DNA of 64,000 nt from an uncultured delta proteobacterium (lineage in GTDB: Bacteria; Desulfobacterota; BSN033; UBA1163): positions 736,001 through 800,000 of the forward strand of contig CAWHBU010000002.1 of NCBI GenBank assembly GCA_963827685.1, in the 5' to 3' direction. The notes beneath the pieces were generated by a model. The model did no database searches, was not told the origin of the DNA, and saw only the letters and a list, made by a program, of their open reading frames with translations. Position numbers and translations under genes: made by a program. Positions 49,535-58,698 of the stretch are shown here, one piece after another (position 1 is the stretch's first letter; the number at the start of each line of letters is the position of its first letter).

Positions 49535-49558
49535 ACTCTATGCCCTATGCTCAATGCC
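49535..49558. repeat. 7-nt repeat arm, inverted relative to 49110-49139
   Basis: ACTCTATGCCCTATGCTCAATGCC; its reverse complement matches 49116-49139 at 22 of 24 positions. Confidence 0.85.
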
Positions 49559-50506
49559 TTTTTCAATTTCCTTTTTCAGTTCAAGATTCTCCTTCTGAAT
49601 GCGGAGAATCTCTCGACGAAGAGAGACAATCTGGATAGCAATAAATCCGAAAGAAAGTATTTGGATACCGCCCAAAATCAACAATAGAGCGAATGTAATT
49701 AACGGTCTTCCGGCAGTTAATTCCCCTGAAAATCTCAAATAGGCAATGTATATGCCAATCAAGAAGCCAATTCCAACTGTAACAAGGCCAAGAAAACCAA
49801 ATATAATCATTGGCTTTTCAAAAACAGAAAAAACCAGGTGGGTAAGCGTTGTCTTCCGAAATTTAAATTTTGATCTTCCCTTTTTCCGACCAGTTAGAAT
49901 TGTGGGGATCTCTTTGACGCGGTAACCAAGGGCTAACGCCTTAGACAGAATTTCGAGGTGGATTTCTTTCCCATCTGATTCAAGTTCAAGGGAGTCAAGA
50001 ACCTTTCTGCGATATGCGCGAAAGATTCCGGTCGAAGTATAAATCCGGTTGGGCATCGCAAATCGAAGTATTTTGTTTCCGACTTTGCTGATCCACAGGC
50101 GAAGCGTTGGGACGTTCTTAACACCTCCTCCAGGCATATATGGAGACGCAATGACGAAGTCAATGTCAGGTTCTGCTTTCAAGGTATCGGCGAAATCAAT
50201 TATATAACGGGGGTCATAGCTCAAATCGGCATCAAGGGATACGACGATCTCCCCGTTTGATCCCTTAAATCCTGTCCTTAGAGCCATGCCCCGACCAATA
50301 TTTCTTGAATAAGAAACTACTCTTACTTTCCCATTTTGTGCTGCTAGTCGTTTCAAAATTTCCAGTGTATTATCAAGGCTTCCATCATTCACCGCAACAA
50401 TCTCATAGGTGCCTTGAAAAAAAGCCATTGCCTCTTCAACCCGTTTCAGAGTTGATTCTACGTTTTCAGCTTCATTAAACATTGGGATGACGATTGAAAG
50501 ATCCAT
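49538..50506 (-). CDS. Glycosyltransferase family 2 (polyprenol-phosphate glycosyltransferase-like)
   Basis: LSIVIPMFNE, VNDGSLD, DADLSY, two C-terminal TM helices; likely ATG at 50506. Confidence 0.88.
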   Translation of the reverse strand: MDLSIVIPMFNEAENVESTLKRVEEAMAFFQGTYEIVAVNDGSLDNTLEILKRLAAQNGKVRVVSYSRNIGRGMALRTGFKGSNGEIVVSLDADLSYDPRYIIDFADTLKAEPDIDFVIASPYMPGGGVKNVPTLRLWISKVGNKILRFAMPNRIYTSTGIFRAYRRKVLDSLELESDGKEIHLEILSKALALGYRVKEIPTILTGRKKGRSKFKFRKTTLTHLVFSVFEKPMIIFGFLGLVTVGIGFLIGIYIAYLRFSGELTAGRPLITFALLLILGGIQILSFGFIAIQIVSLRREILRIQKENLELKKEIEKGIEHRA

Positions 50507-50598
50507 TTTTAAACCAAACGACTCCTTTTCCAGCTTTCTATAATGATCAAACAAAAAAAGCAAGATAAATAAATTATCTTGCTTTCCCATTCAGTTAA

Positions 50599-50626
50599 CG
50601 CTGTGCGCCATGCACTTTGCTATTGC
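50599..50626. repeat. Orphan 7-nt repeat tract
   Basis: CGCTGTG CGCCATG CACTTTG CTATTGC; reverse complement matches 63940-63965 at 23 of 26 positions. Confidence 0.65.
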
Positions 50627-50633
50627 CTGAAAT

Positions 50634-51047
50634 CTATTTGGCCCATTTGTCGGCTGGGGTTTTATTTCCGTTGTTGTCAATAAACAAACTCCCGTCACTT
50701 AACTGTCTTGTGGTAAATGGGGCTGCTTGCGCGGTAAATGAATTAGCATTCAAAGCGAACCCCCCAGCCCATTGCAAATTATAATCACCCACTGGGTTTG
50801 CCTGAACTCCCCAGGTTGTTCGAAGCTCGGTTAAATCGGTTGAATAGCCACCCTGCTCCGCCCTCCGCATTTCCTGACCTGCTCTTAATTGTTCTAATGC
50901 TGTTTTGGCATCGGCCCTTCGTGCCCTTTGCATGTAATTTGTATACATGGGGATGGCAATTGCCGCAAGTATTCCTATAATAACTACTACTACCAACAAT
51001 TCGATGAGCGTAAATCCCCTCAGCGATTTCATCGGAAACCTCTTCAT
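50634..51047 (-). CDS. pilE: PilE-like type IV minor pilin
   Basis: RG/FTLIELLVVVVIIGILAAIAIP.Y..Y..RARRADAK.AL, FTAQA.P...Q..D. Confidence 0.85.
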   Translation of the reverse strand: MKRFPMKSLRGFTLIELLVVVVIIGILAAIAIPMYTNYMQRARRADAKTALEQLRAGQEMRRAEQGGYSTDLTELRTTWGVQANPVGDYNLQWAGGFALNANSFTAQAAPFTTRQLSDGSLFIDNNGNKTPADKWAK

Positions 51048-51485
51048 CTAACTCTTAGGCCTGAACTGGGGCGGAAAATCCGGGGACCATCCCCAATTCC
51101 ACTTTATTGAACTATCACTATCTGTCCTTGGTGTTAAAGTCAATGTTTTGAAATCCACCATTGGATGAATATTTTGTACTGTCGCATTGATTGTGCCATC
51201 CACACCTGAAACCGATAGTGTAAAAATCCTTTTAACAGCCCCCAACCCCACTCCTAAGCTGCTTGCAACCTCAGGAATCGTAGGGCAATCAGGCCAGGAG
51301 CTTTGAGTTTCATAATACCCTGTAACACTACTTGCAACCGTGGACATTGCGTTTTCCACTTCAGATAATTTAGCCATTATTGTATAACCCTTATAAATTG
51401 GGAGTGCAACGGCGGCCAAAATGCCTATGATTGCGATCACCACCAACATCTCGATCAGTGTGAAACCTGATTTATTCTTTTTCAT
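51048..51485 (-). CDS. Type IVa pilin, paralog of pilA
   Basis: SG/FTLIEMLVVIAIIGILAAVALP.YK.YT..AKLSEV; similar to 51606-52049 along its length. Confidence 0.88.
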   Translation of the reverse strand: MKKNKSGFTLIEMLVVIAIIGILAAVALPIYKGYTIMAKLSEVENAMSTVASSVTGYYETQSSWPDCPTIPEVASSLGVGLGAVKRIFTLSVSGVDGTINATVQNIHPMVDFKTLTLTPRTDSDSSIKWNWGWSPDFPPQFRPKS

Positions 51486-51533
51486 TGAAAACCCCTACTT
51501 TCTCAAAACAAAGGGTTCTGTTTTCCAAAATCA

Positions 51534-51590
51534 AATAATGCTGGTGCCCAAAGATATCGGTTGAACAATTCCTCGGACACCAACATTATT
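51534..51590 (-). terminator. Long hairpin after pilA (terminator/attenuator)
   Basis: Minus strand AATAATGTTGGTGTCC...GGGCACCAGCATTATT, a 16-bp stem with G-U pairs, followed by TGATTTT. Confidence 0.7.
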
Positions 51591-51605
51591 ATCAGAGATC
51601 TTAAA

Positions 51606-52049
51606 TTATCGTTTGGGGACATACGCCGGTGGCATACCGTTGGTGGTAGTCCAAAGCCACATAATAGATCCATCCCCAGTCGTAGAAGAACTTGGCGTCA
51701 TCACTAAATTTTTGTTATCAACGGTAGTATCAATGGTACCTGCTGATACGGTCGCTGTGATTATGCCATTTGTCACATCCATAAGACCAATTCTCGTAAG
51801 GGCTGCCGTTGAAACGCCCAGACTGCTTTGAATCATTGCTTTGTCCGGGGCGGTAGGCCAACCACCTGTTTCCTGCATGTATGCTGCTACAGCACTCGCC
51901 ACATTACTCATGCCATTTGTAACTTCAGTCAGTTTGGCCTTGATGGTTTGTGTCTTATACATCGGAATGGCAATGGCTGCCAGAATACCGATGATGGCAA
52001 TAACGATTAACAACTCAATCAATGTGAAACCTTTTTCTCTCCTTAACAT
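51606..52049 (-). CDS. pilA: Major type IVa pilin
   Basis: AGGAGG RBS, MLRREKG/FTLIELLIVIAIIGILAAIAIP; own sigma54 promoter and downstream hairpin. Confidence 0.9.
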   Translation of the reverse strand: MLRREKGFTLIELLIVIAIIGILAAIAIPMYKTQTIKAKLTEVTNGMSNVASAVAAYMQETGGWPTAPDKAMIQSSLGVSTAALTRIGLMDVTNGIITATVSAGTIDTTVDNKNLVMTPSSSTTGDGSIMWLWTTTNGMPPAYVPKR

Positions 52050-52184
52050 AATCAGAACCTCCTTTTTTGTTTTGATCATAATGTTTAAGATCTTGCAGTT
52101 TGTGTTTAAACCAAGAACCACCCTAACCGATATAGAAGAACGTTTTTTAGGATCACCTCCTTCATAAAATTTTATAGGTATTTT

Positions 52185-52201
52185 AGCATATTTTGTGCCA
52201 A
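52185..52201 (-). promoter_or_regulatory. Sigma54 promoter of pilA
   Basis: Minus strand TTGGCAC-AAAAT-ATGCT; IHF-like ATTCAACTATTTG at 52234-52246. Confidence 0.82.
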
Positions 52202-52335
52202 ATCAGAGCCTTGTCCCCATATTTGATAAAATTATTCAACTATTTGATCTTGCTTAATTTTTAGTCCTCTTGATTTTTGATTATGTGACAACCATGTTCT
52301 CTTGATTCCTGGAACCCGCTACTGATTCACACTTT

Positions 52336-52353
52336 TTGTCTATTGAATGACAA
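52336..52353. promoter_or_regulatory. Candidate enhancer (PilR-type UAS)
   Basis: TTGTC-N8-GACAA inverted repeat about 135-150 bp upstream of the pilA -24 box. Confidence 0.4.
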
Positions 52354-52606
52354 TTCTTGCTAAATACTTGCCCCACACCTCAAATCGAAACAGTCTTGAC
52401 CATTGCGCAACGGGTCAGGCCACTTTTTCAGTTATAATATCAAATTCCAGCCCAAAGGAGCAAGTAGATAACCCTCCCACTTCCCTTCCTCTCTTTGATA
52501 ATAGGTCCATATGCGGGAGGTCCCGGTCATACCTTGACTCTTCTCTTGCTTCTATGGTATGAGAATTGCACTCAAAACATAATTTTGAATCAATTACAAA
52601 GGCAGA

Positions 52607-53317
52607 ATGCATCAATCTTCCGAAAGAATGAAGCCTGAAGAATTTAGAGAGTGGAACGAGAAGATGTTAGAGAAATATGATCCTGATGCCTTCCATCATC
52701 ATTCCAACCCTTTCGTCCGTTTCATTGAAAGAATGAGAGTCAAGGCTATTTTCAAGGTCATCGATATTAGGAAAGAGGATTGTATTATTGAAATCGGGTG
52801 CGGAGCAGGAAACGTCATTGGAAAAGCATCTACCTGTAAATTATTCGGAGTGGACATCAGCTCCTCGGTTCTCAGGAAAGCAAGAGAGAGGCTAAATGAA
52901 AAGGTGCATCTATTTCAGGGGGATGCCCAGAATCTCCCTTGCAAAGATCAAGTATTTACCCGGATTATTTGCTCAGAGGTACTTGAACATCTCTTAGATC
53001 CTTCCGTTGCGCTTGATGAAATGGCAAGGGTTCTAAAGACCGAAGGGACCGCCATCATCTCAATACCCAACGAATCATTGATCAACGGAATCAAAAGCAT
53101 TTTGATACGCCTCGGAATCTTTAAATGCTTATTTCAAAAAGGGTCCTATTCAGAAATGCCGGAGAGGATGTCCACTGAATGGCACCTCCATGTCTTTACA
53201 TTGGAAGAATGGCTTGACTTATTCAGAAAAGTATTTAGAGTGACTGGTGTGAAGAAAATTCCTTTCGCTTGGCTTCCTTTAAGATATGTAATTGCTTTGA
53301 AAAAAAGGGATGAATAA
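52607..53317 (+). CDS. Class I SAM-dependent methyltransferase
   Basis: IEIGCGAG, GDAQNLP, CSEVLEHL.DP. Confidence 0.87.
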   Translation: MHQSSERMKPEEFREWNEKMLEKYDPDAFHHHSNPFVRFIERMRVKAIFKVIDIRKEDCIIEIGCGAGNVIGKASTCKLFGVDISSSVLRKARERLNEKVHLFQGDAQNLPCKDQVFTRIICSEVLEHLLDPSVALDEMARVLKTEGTAIISIPNESLINGIKSILIRLGIFKCLFQKGSYSEMPERMSTEWHLHVFTLEEWLDLFRKVFRVTGVKKIPFAWLPLRYVIALKKRDE

Positions 53318-53319
53318 TA

Positions 53320-54870
53320 ATGAAGACAATTGGACAAAGAGAAATTTTCATCCTTCTTCTCTGTCTCTTCATAGGCTTTGCCTTAAGGGTCTACACCTTC
53401 GATCAAAAATCCCTCTGGATCGATGAAATCCATACCTTCAACGATTCGAGAGATGGCATCCAAAGCCAATTAAAGTATTATAAGGAAAACCCGACCTACC
53501 TTCATCCTCCTCTCTTTTTTGTTCTCACTCATTTATTCTATCCCTTTACAAAGCCGGAACGAGACCTTCGAATCATCCCCTTATTATTTGGGATCCTTTC
53601 GATACCGATATTTTACCTCCTTTCTAGGCAGTTCTCCCCGAATATCGCACTCCCTTGTACCGTTTCTTTGACTTTCATGACCTATCATATCTATCTCTCC
53701 CAGAATGGCCGCGCTTATTCACTGATCATGTTCGTTGGAATGGCGGGTCTCTATTTCTTTGTGAGGCATTTGCAGACATTAAAAAGACGATATCTCATTC
53801 CTGCTGCTTTCTTTTTTGCGACCTTATTTTATGCGAGTTACAGCTCCATTCTATTTGTTGCCCTTTCCCAGATTCTCTGGTTCTACCAATTGAGGGAAGA
53901 TAATAGAAAGCCAGCTCTCTCGTCCTTTCTAATCTTCAACGGCACTATTCTCTTACTCTGTCTTCCCTGGCTTCTTTTTCTTGGTTTGAATTACCACAAT
54001 CAGCCTTTCATCGATCCCTTCGCGTCTCAAGACCTTGGTCCATTCTCCGCTATGGCATATGGAATCTTGAATGACTGGGTGCCTCATTTACCTCTGACGG
54101 TCATTTCTTTAATTTTCCTAGTCCTTTTTCCCTTTTTTCCAAAAAATAGAAGGAATGCTATTATCCTTTTAAGCGCTTTCGTTCTTCCGATTGGAGGACT
54201 TTACTTGTATTGCAAACTTTTAACCGTGACTCAGTTTATCACTTCGAGATACTTTATCAATTTTCTTCCCCTTTTCGTTATTGCTTTGTTCTCTTCTCTG
54301 GATGCGATCAAAATGAAGTTTGACAGACTAAACAAGCTTATCCGGTTAGACCTTCTCTTTGTAATTCTTTTTATTGTTTCAAATCTGATGATCTTACCTC
54401 TCTACTATCGTTCCGAGAAACAGGACTTCAGAGGCCTGGTGAATTACCTGAATAGCCAGGTTAGAGATGGAGATAAAATTTTTGCAAAAACGTCTACGTA
54501 TATTCCGGGGATACTTCATTATTTTAGAGTCTATCCCCGGAACAGGCACTATGAAGCTCCCATTGTATGGAAGGTCCCCGGGAAACAGTTCGAATTAAAA
54601 GTGTCTCTGATTTCTGAAGGGAGACTCTTTACGATATACTATTCCAATATCCCCTACGCCCAATATGTTGCAAATGGAAACCGACTATGGATCCTTACCG
54701 GAAAAGAAGCCGCGAAGGAGATCAAGAAGAATGTCCCTTGTGCTTTGAAGGGATATTTTGATGGGAGTTTTGCCAACTTCAGACGATTTCCAAGCGATGC
54801 TTCCATGTACCTTTTTCTCTGGGATCCCCAATCGCCAGGAGAAAAGGGGATTGATATGCCGATTGACTAA
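53320..54870 (+). CDS. GT-C (ArnT/PMT_2-like) membrane glycosyltransferase
   Basis: ALR..., SLWIDE, HPPLFF, SQNGRAYSL, multiple TM helices. Confidence 0.82.
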   Translation: MKTIGQREIFILLLCLFIGFALRVYTFDQKSLWIDEIHTFNDSRDGIQSQLKYYKENPTYLHPPLFFVLTHLFYPFTKPERDLRIIPLLFGILSIPIFYLLSRQFSPNIALPCTVSLTFMTYHIYLSQNGRAYSLIMFVGMAGLYFFVRHLQTLKRRYLIPAAFFFATLFYASYSSILFVALSQILWFYQLREDNRKPALSSFLIFNGTILLLCLPWLLFLGLNYHNQPFIDPFASQDLGPFSAMAYGILNDWVPHLPLTVISLIFLVLFPFFPKNRRNAIILLSAFVLPIGGLYLYCKLLTVTQFITSRYFINFLPLFVIALFSSLDAIKMKFDRLNKLIRLDLLFVILFIVSNLMILPLYYRSEKQDFRGLVNYLNSQVRDGDKIFAKTSTYIPGILHYFRVYPRNRHYEAPIVWKVPGKQFELKVSLISEGRLFTIYYSNIPYAQYVANGNRLWILTGKEAAKEIKKNVPCALKGYFDGSFANFRRFPSDASMYLFLWDPQSPGEKGIDMPID

Positions 54871-54887
54871 GGAGGACCGAGTGAAAG

Positions 54888-54936
54888 GGACTGAGGACTG
54901 GGTAATAAGGACTAAGTGCTAAACACTAGGGATTGA
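54888..54936. repeat. Orphan 7-nt repeat tract (7 units)
   Basis: GGACTGA GGACTGG GTAATAA GGACTAA GTGCTAA ACACTAG GGATTGA. Confidence 0.7.
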
Positions 54937-54968
54937 GCGGAAAGATGTAACAATTAAGATTCTATGTT

Positions 54969-56513
54969 ATGAGCTACCTTAAACGAAAAGAAATTTTTAT
55001 CCTTGTTCTTTGCCTTCTCATAGGCTTTGCTTTGAGATTCTACACCTTTGACCGAAAATCCCTTTGGATAGATGAAATTTATACATTTAATGATTCGAGG
55101 GATGGTATCAGGGGTCAATTAAATTTTTACAAGGAGAATCCCTCATACCTTCAGCCTCCCCTCTTCTTCATCCTTACCCACCAATTCTACCCGTTTAATA
55201 AACCAGAAAGAGATCTGCGCATTATTCCCTTAATCTTTGGAACCCTCTCAATCCCTATGATCTACCTGCTTGCGAGACAATTTTCTCTTCTTATTGCTTT
55301 CCCCTGCATGGTTTCTTTAACCTTCATGACTTACCACATTTGCCTCTCCCAGGATGGACGAGCCTATTCACTCACCATGTTTTTAGGGACGCTGAGCCTT
55401 TATCTTCTCATACAATACTTAGAGACTTCAAAAAAGCAATTTCTGGTGTTAACCTCTTTTATTTTTGCAATATTATTTTACACGAGTTATAGTTCCGTCC
55501 TGTTTATTGCTGTATCCCAGATCTTATGGTTCTATCGATTCAATGGAGAGAAAAAACCTCCCTTTTACTCCTGGATCGTTCTAAATGGTATCCTCCTTTC
55601 ACTCTGTCTTCCTTGGATTCTTTTTCTAGTAGTAAACTATCGTGGCCAACCGTTGGTACATCCTTATGAATTCAGAGCATTTCTGTCTTTTTGGGGTATT
55701 TTATCTGGTATTTTAAATGATTGGGTGCCTTATGCACCTCTCACTATTGTTTCAGTGATCCTTTTAATATCTTTGCTTTTTTTCTCAAAGTCTAGGAGGA
55801 ATGCCATCCTCCTAATTGGCGTTTTCATCTTGCCGATTGGTGGGCTATACTTGTATTGTAAGTTATTTAATATTTTCCATTTTATCTCTTCTAGGTATTT
55901 TATTAATTTTTTACCTCTATTCCTTATTACCCTATTCCTGTCATTGAGTGCTATTGAATATAGATTTGAAAAATTAAATAAATTCGTGCGATTCAGACTC
56001 GTCTTCACCGTCCTTTTTATCGCATCTAATCTCGTGATCCTTCCACTCTATTACCGCGCTGAGAAGGAAGATTTCAGGGGCTTAGTAAATTATTTAAAGA
56101 CCCATCTCAGGGAGGGAGACAAACTTTTCGATAGCGATATGGCATATATCCCAGGCATACTTCATTATTTTGGGGTTTACCCGGAGAAACGGCACTATGA
56201 GATTCCTTATTATAAGGTTTCAGAAAATGAGATTGAATTCAGGAAATCTTTTGTTTATAAAAATAGTCAATACACAATCTATTATTCCAAAACCTGTTGC
56301 ACCCAGTATCTTTCTGACAAGGGTCGTATATGGATTATTGGAGGAAAAAGGACCGCGAAGAAGATCAAAGGGAATTCTCCTTGTGTTTTAAAAGGGTACT
56401 TCGATGGAAGTTTTCTTAACTTCAACAAATTTCCGACAGATGCTTCCTTGTATCTTTTCCTCTGGGATCCTAAATCCCCAGGAGAGAAAGGGATTGATAG
56501 GCCGATTGAGTGA
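54969..56513 (+). CDS. GT-C membrane glycosyltransferase, tandem paralog of 53320-54870
   Basis: SLWIDE, QPPLFF, SQDGRAYSL; near-identical C-terminus FLWDP.SPGEKGID.PI. Confidence 0.82.
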   Translation: MSYLKRKEIFILVLCLLIGFALRFYTFDRKSLWIDEIYTFNDSRDGIRGQLNFYKENPSYLQPPLFFILTHQFYPFNKPERDLRIIPLIFGTLSIPMIYLLARQFSLLIAFPCMVSLTFMTYHICLSQDGRAYSLTMFLGTLSLYLLIQYLETSKKQFLVLTSFIFAILFYTSYSSVLFIAVSQILWFYRFNGEKKPPFYSWIVLNGILLSLCLPWILFLVVNYRGQPLVHPYEFRAFLSFWGILSGILNDWVPYAPLTIVSVILLISLLFFSKSRRNAILLIGVFILPIGGLYLYCKLFNIFHFISSRYFINFLPLFLITLFLSLSAIEYRFEKLNKFVRFRLVFTVLFIASNLVILPLYYRAEKEDFRGLVNYLKTHLREGDKLFDSDMAYIPGILHYFGVYPEKRHYEIPYYKVSENEIEFRKSFVYKNSQYTIYYSKTCCTQYLSDKGRIWIIGGKRTAKKIKGNSPCVLKGYFDGSFLNFNKFPTDASLYLFLWDPKSPGEKGIDRPIE

Positions 56514-56616
56514 AGTTAAATCGGATGAGGAAAGGATCTTTGTTTGGCAAAAGGGCCATGAAATGGAAATGAGTTCCTAAGGGATAAGACAAAAAAAGAC
56601 ACTGCAACCCAAGGTT

Positions 56617-58632
56617 CTATTGCCGACGGATCTCGAACACCCAAAAATTCTGGTCGCGAAAAAGCTCAAGGGTTTCCTTCCTCAAAAAGTAATCAAAGAT
56701 AACTCGCTCGCTTTGTTCCATGGTTTTTTCCAACAAGGAAAGGTTCAAGAAAAGGTGAGTAAATCCAGCCTTGGCCAACCTTTTGGACAGCTCTTCTCCA
56801 TTGACCGATGCGCGAATGAATTCCTTCAGAGTGGTGTCTTCTATAAAAGTATCAGAATAATACTTGCGGTTCAAATAATACCCGTAGGCTCCTGTCCATA
56901 CGCAAAGCAAGTAAGAACGTGGGGGTAGGTTTTGATTGATAAATTCTAAGGCAGGGTAACCCGGGACTTTTCGAATCAGAAAATCCTTCTCCTGCTCCAT
57001 GCCCAAGACCGGCCTGTAGCATCCAATCTTAAAAAACTGCGTACCAAGGAACCACATGTTCCACGCAAGGGAGCCAATGAGAACCAAGAAAAGTATCATC
57101 CCTATCAGGTGTTTCCTTCTTGCCCAGTTTACGAGAAGCTCTACTGAAGGAGCGGCGAAAGCGCAAGCCAGCATCTGAGAAGGCAACCAAAACCTGACTT
57201 GCTGGGTTCCGAACACAAAGAATGCAGCGGATACAACAAACATCAGTCCTATTTCTTTCAGCCTACCCTCGACCAATCGGCGAAGAATCAAAAGTATGGC
57301 CGAAGCCGCGGCCAAAATCAAAAAAATGAGCAAGAACGGGCCTATGGCACCGTCAAAACGGATGGTGTCAAATCCCCCTGAAAAAGCCAGTCTCCATGGC
57401 AACAGTAGGTAGTCTAACAGATCCCTTCCCATCCCATAAATATCAAAATACTGGGACATCGCGAGCGCCCTGGCTTCATCCCAACCTTTTCCACCAAACA
57501 AAAACCACGCCATGGGATACACTGGATTGCCCAAGATCATCCAGTTCCATCCCATCCAACAAAGACCCGGCGCCGCTGAAAGGCTGAACACTCCCATCAT
57601 GCTGAGTGCCTTTTTAGGAAGTACTCTTCTCTGGCTCCACAAGAGAATCAGTCCGATCAACCCTAAGTAAATTAACCCACTATATTTAAGCGCAGCCATC
57701 CAACCCGCTAAGAACCCAATCAATAAAACGGGGCCGAAGCCCATGCTTCCAATCGTTTTCCCCTCCCTCCCGGATCGAAGGAAAAGGACTAAGACCAAAA
57801 GGCAGCCTCCGAGGGTCATGAGAAGCGCTGGCTCGACATAGCCACACCCTGTGAAGTACATGACAGGAGGAATTGTGGCGTATCCAACCGCGCACAGTGC
57901 GGCCGGCCAAGGTCCAGCCATCAGATAAGCCAAACCGTAAAGCTCGCCAATCGCAGCAACCTGTTGGAGGACCGAAAATCCTTGGGCCGCACGGTCGCCC
58001 GCATTGGATAAAAGAAGGGTCATAAGCACCTCGTGTCCCTTCGGAAATGCCGAGAACAGATTTCCTTGAATATGCACGAGCCGGCCTGCTTTCAAATATT
58101 CTTTTGGGCATAGCAGGTGATAGACCAGAGAGTCCCGGGTATAAGGTGGAGCTGCTGCTTGAAAAATCGCAGGAATGAGAAAAAGCGTGACCACGGCAGC
58201 CAGAAAAAATAAGGCAATGGATCCATCCCTTTTGTTTTGTCGGACTTCACTCTCACATGGAAAAAAAATTCTTCTCTCAGGATTCTTGCCTATCTCCTGA
58301 ATATCCGTGGAAACCTGAGATCCTCTTCCGTGTTGCAGCGGCCCCTTTCCCAATCTGGAAAGAAGTGGCCTTTCATCTATGATAATTTTCAAAAATGCTA
58401 AACCGATTCCAGTAAAAAAGACTGTCCTGAGCACCCACGGGATATATAACCCTGCGAATCCCAAAGCCGTGAGAAAATAGGAAAAGGCTACATTTCCTGC
58501 GGTGAAGGCAAGGGTATGCCGGGCTACGACTGGCAACGGTTCATTGAAAAAAAGCCTGCGGAGAAGATCTCCTCCAGCCCAGCAGGCTGCTCCGAAGGCA
58601 AGGACAGAAATCGACTCTAAAAAAAGATTCAT
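56617..58632 (-). CDS. Polytopic membrane protein, probable GT-C glycosyltransferase
   Basis: PP..RDSLVYHL..PK.Y, KYSG, GNPVYP, Q.RF.LP; many TM helices. Confidence 0.65.
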   Translation of the reverse strand: MNLFLESISVLAFGAACWAGGDLLRRLFFNEPLPVVARHTLAFTAGNVAFSYFLTALGFAGLYIPWVLRTVFFTGIGLAFLKIIIDERPLLSRLGKGPLQHGRGSQVSTDIQEIGKNPERRIFFPCESEVRQNKRDGSIALFFLAAVVTLFLIPAIFQAAAPPYTRDSLVYHLLCPKEYLKAGRLVHIQGNLFSAFPKGHEVLMTLLLSNAGDRAAQGFSVLQQVAAIGELYGLAYLMAGPWPAALCAVGYATIPPVMYFTGCGYVEPALLMTLGGCLLVLVLFLRSGREGKTIGSMGFGPVLLIGFLAGWMAALKYSGLIYLGLIGLILLWSQRRVLPKKALSMMGVFSLSAAPGLCWMGWNWMILGNPVYPMAWFLFGGKGWDEARALAMSQYFDIYGMGRDLLDYLLLPWRLAFSGGFDTIRFDGAIGPFLLIFLILAAASAILLILRRLVEGRLKEIGLMFVVSAAFFVFGTQQVRFWLPSQMLACAFAAPSVELLVNWARRKHLIGMILFLVLIGSLAWNMWFLGTQFFKIGCYRPVLGMEQEKDFLIRKVPGYPALEFINQNLPPRSYLLCVWTGAYGYYLNRKYYSDTFIEDTTLKEFIRASVNGEELSKRLAKAGFTHLFLNLSLLEKTMEQSERVIFDYFLRKETLELFRDQNFWVFEIRRQ

Positions 58633-58698
58633 CGATCTGACCCGGACTCTTGTCGTTGGGATTATTTAAGTAGGGGACCCTCAAAAAACCATAAGAAT

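Noticed and set aside
51606-52049. Geobacter-type short conductive e-pilin
   Set aside because: The mature pilin is about 140 aa and not notably aromatic-rich.
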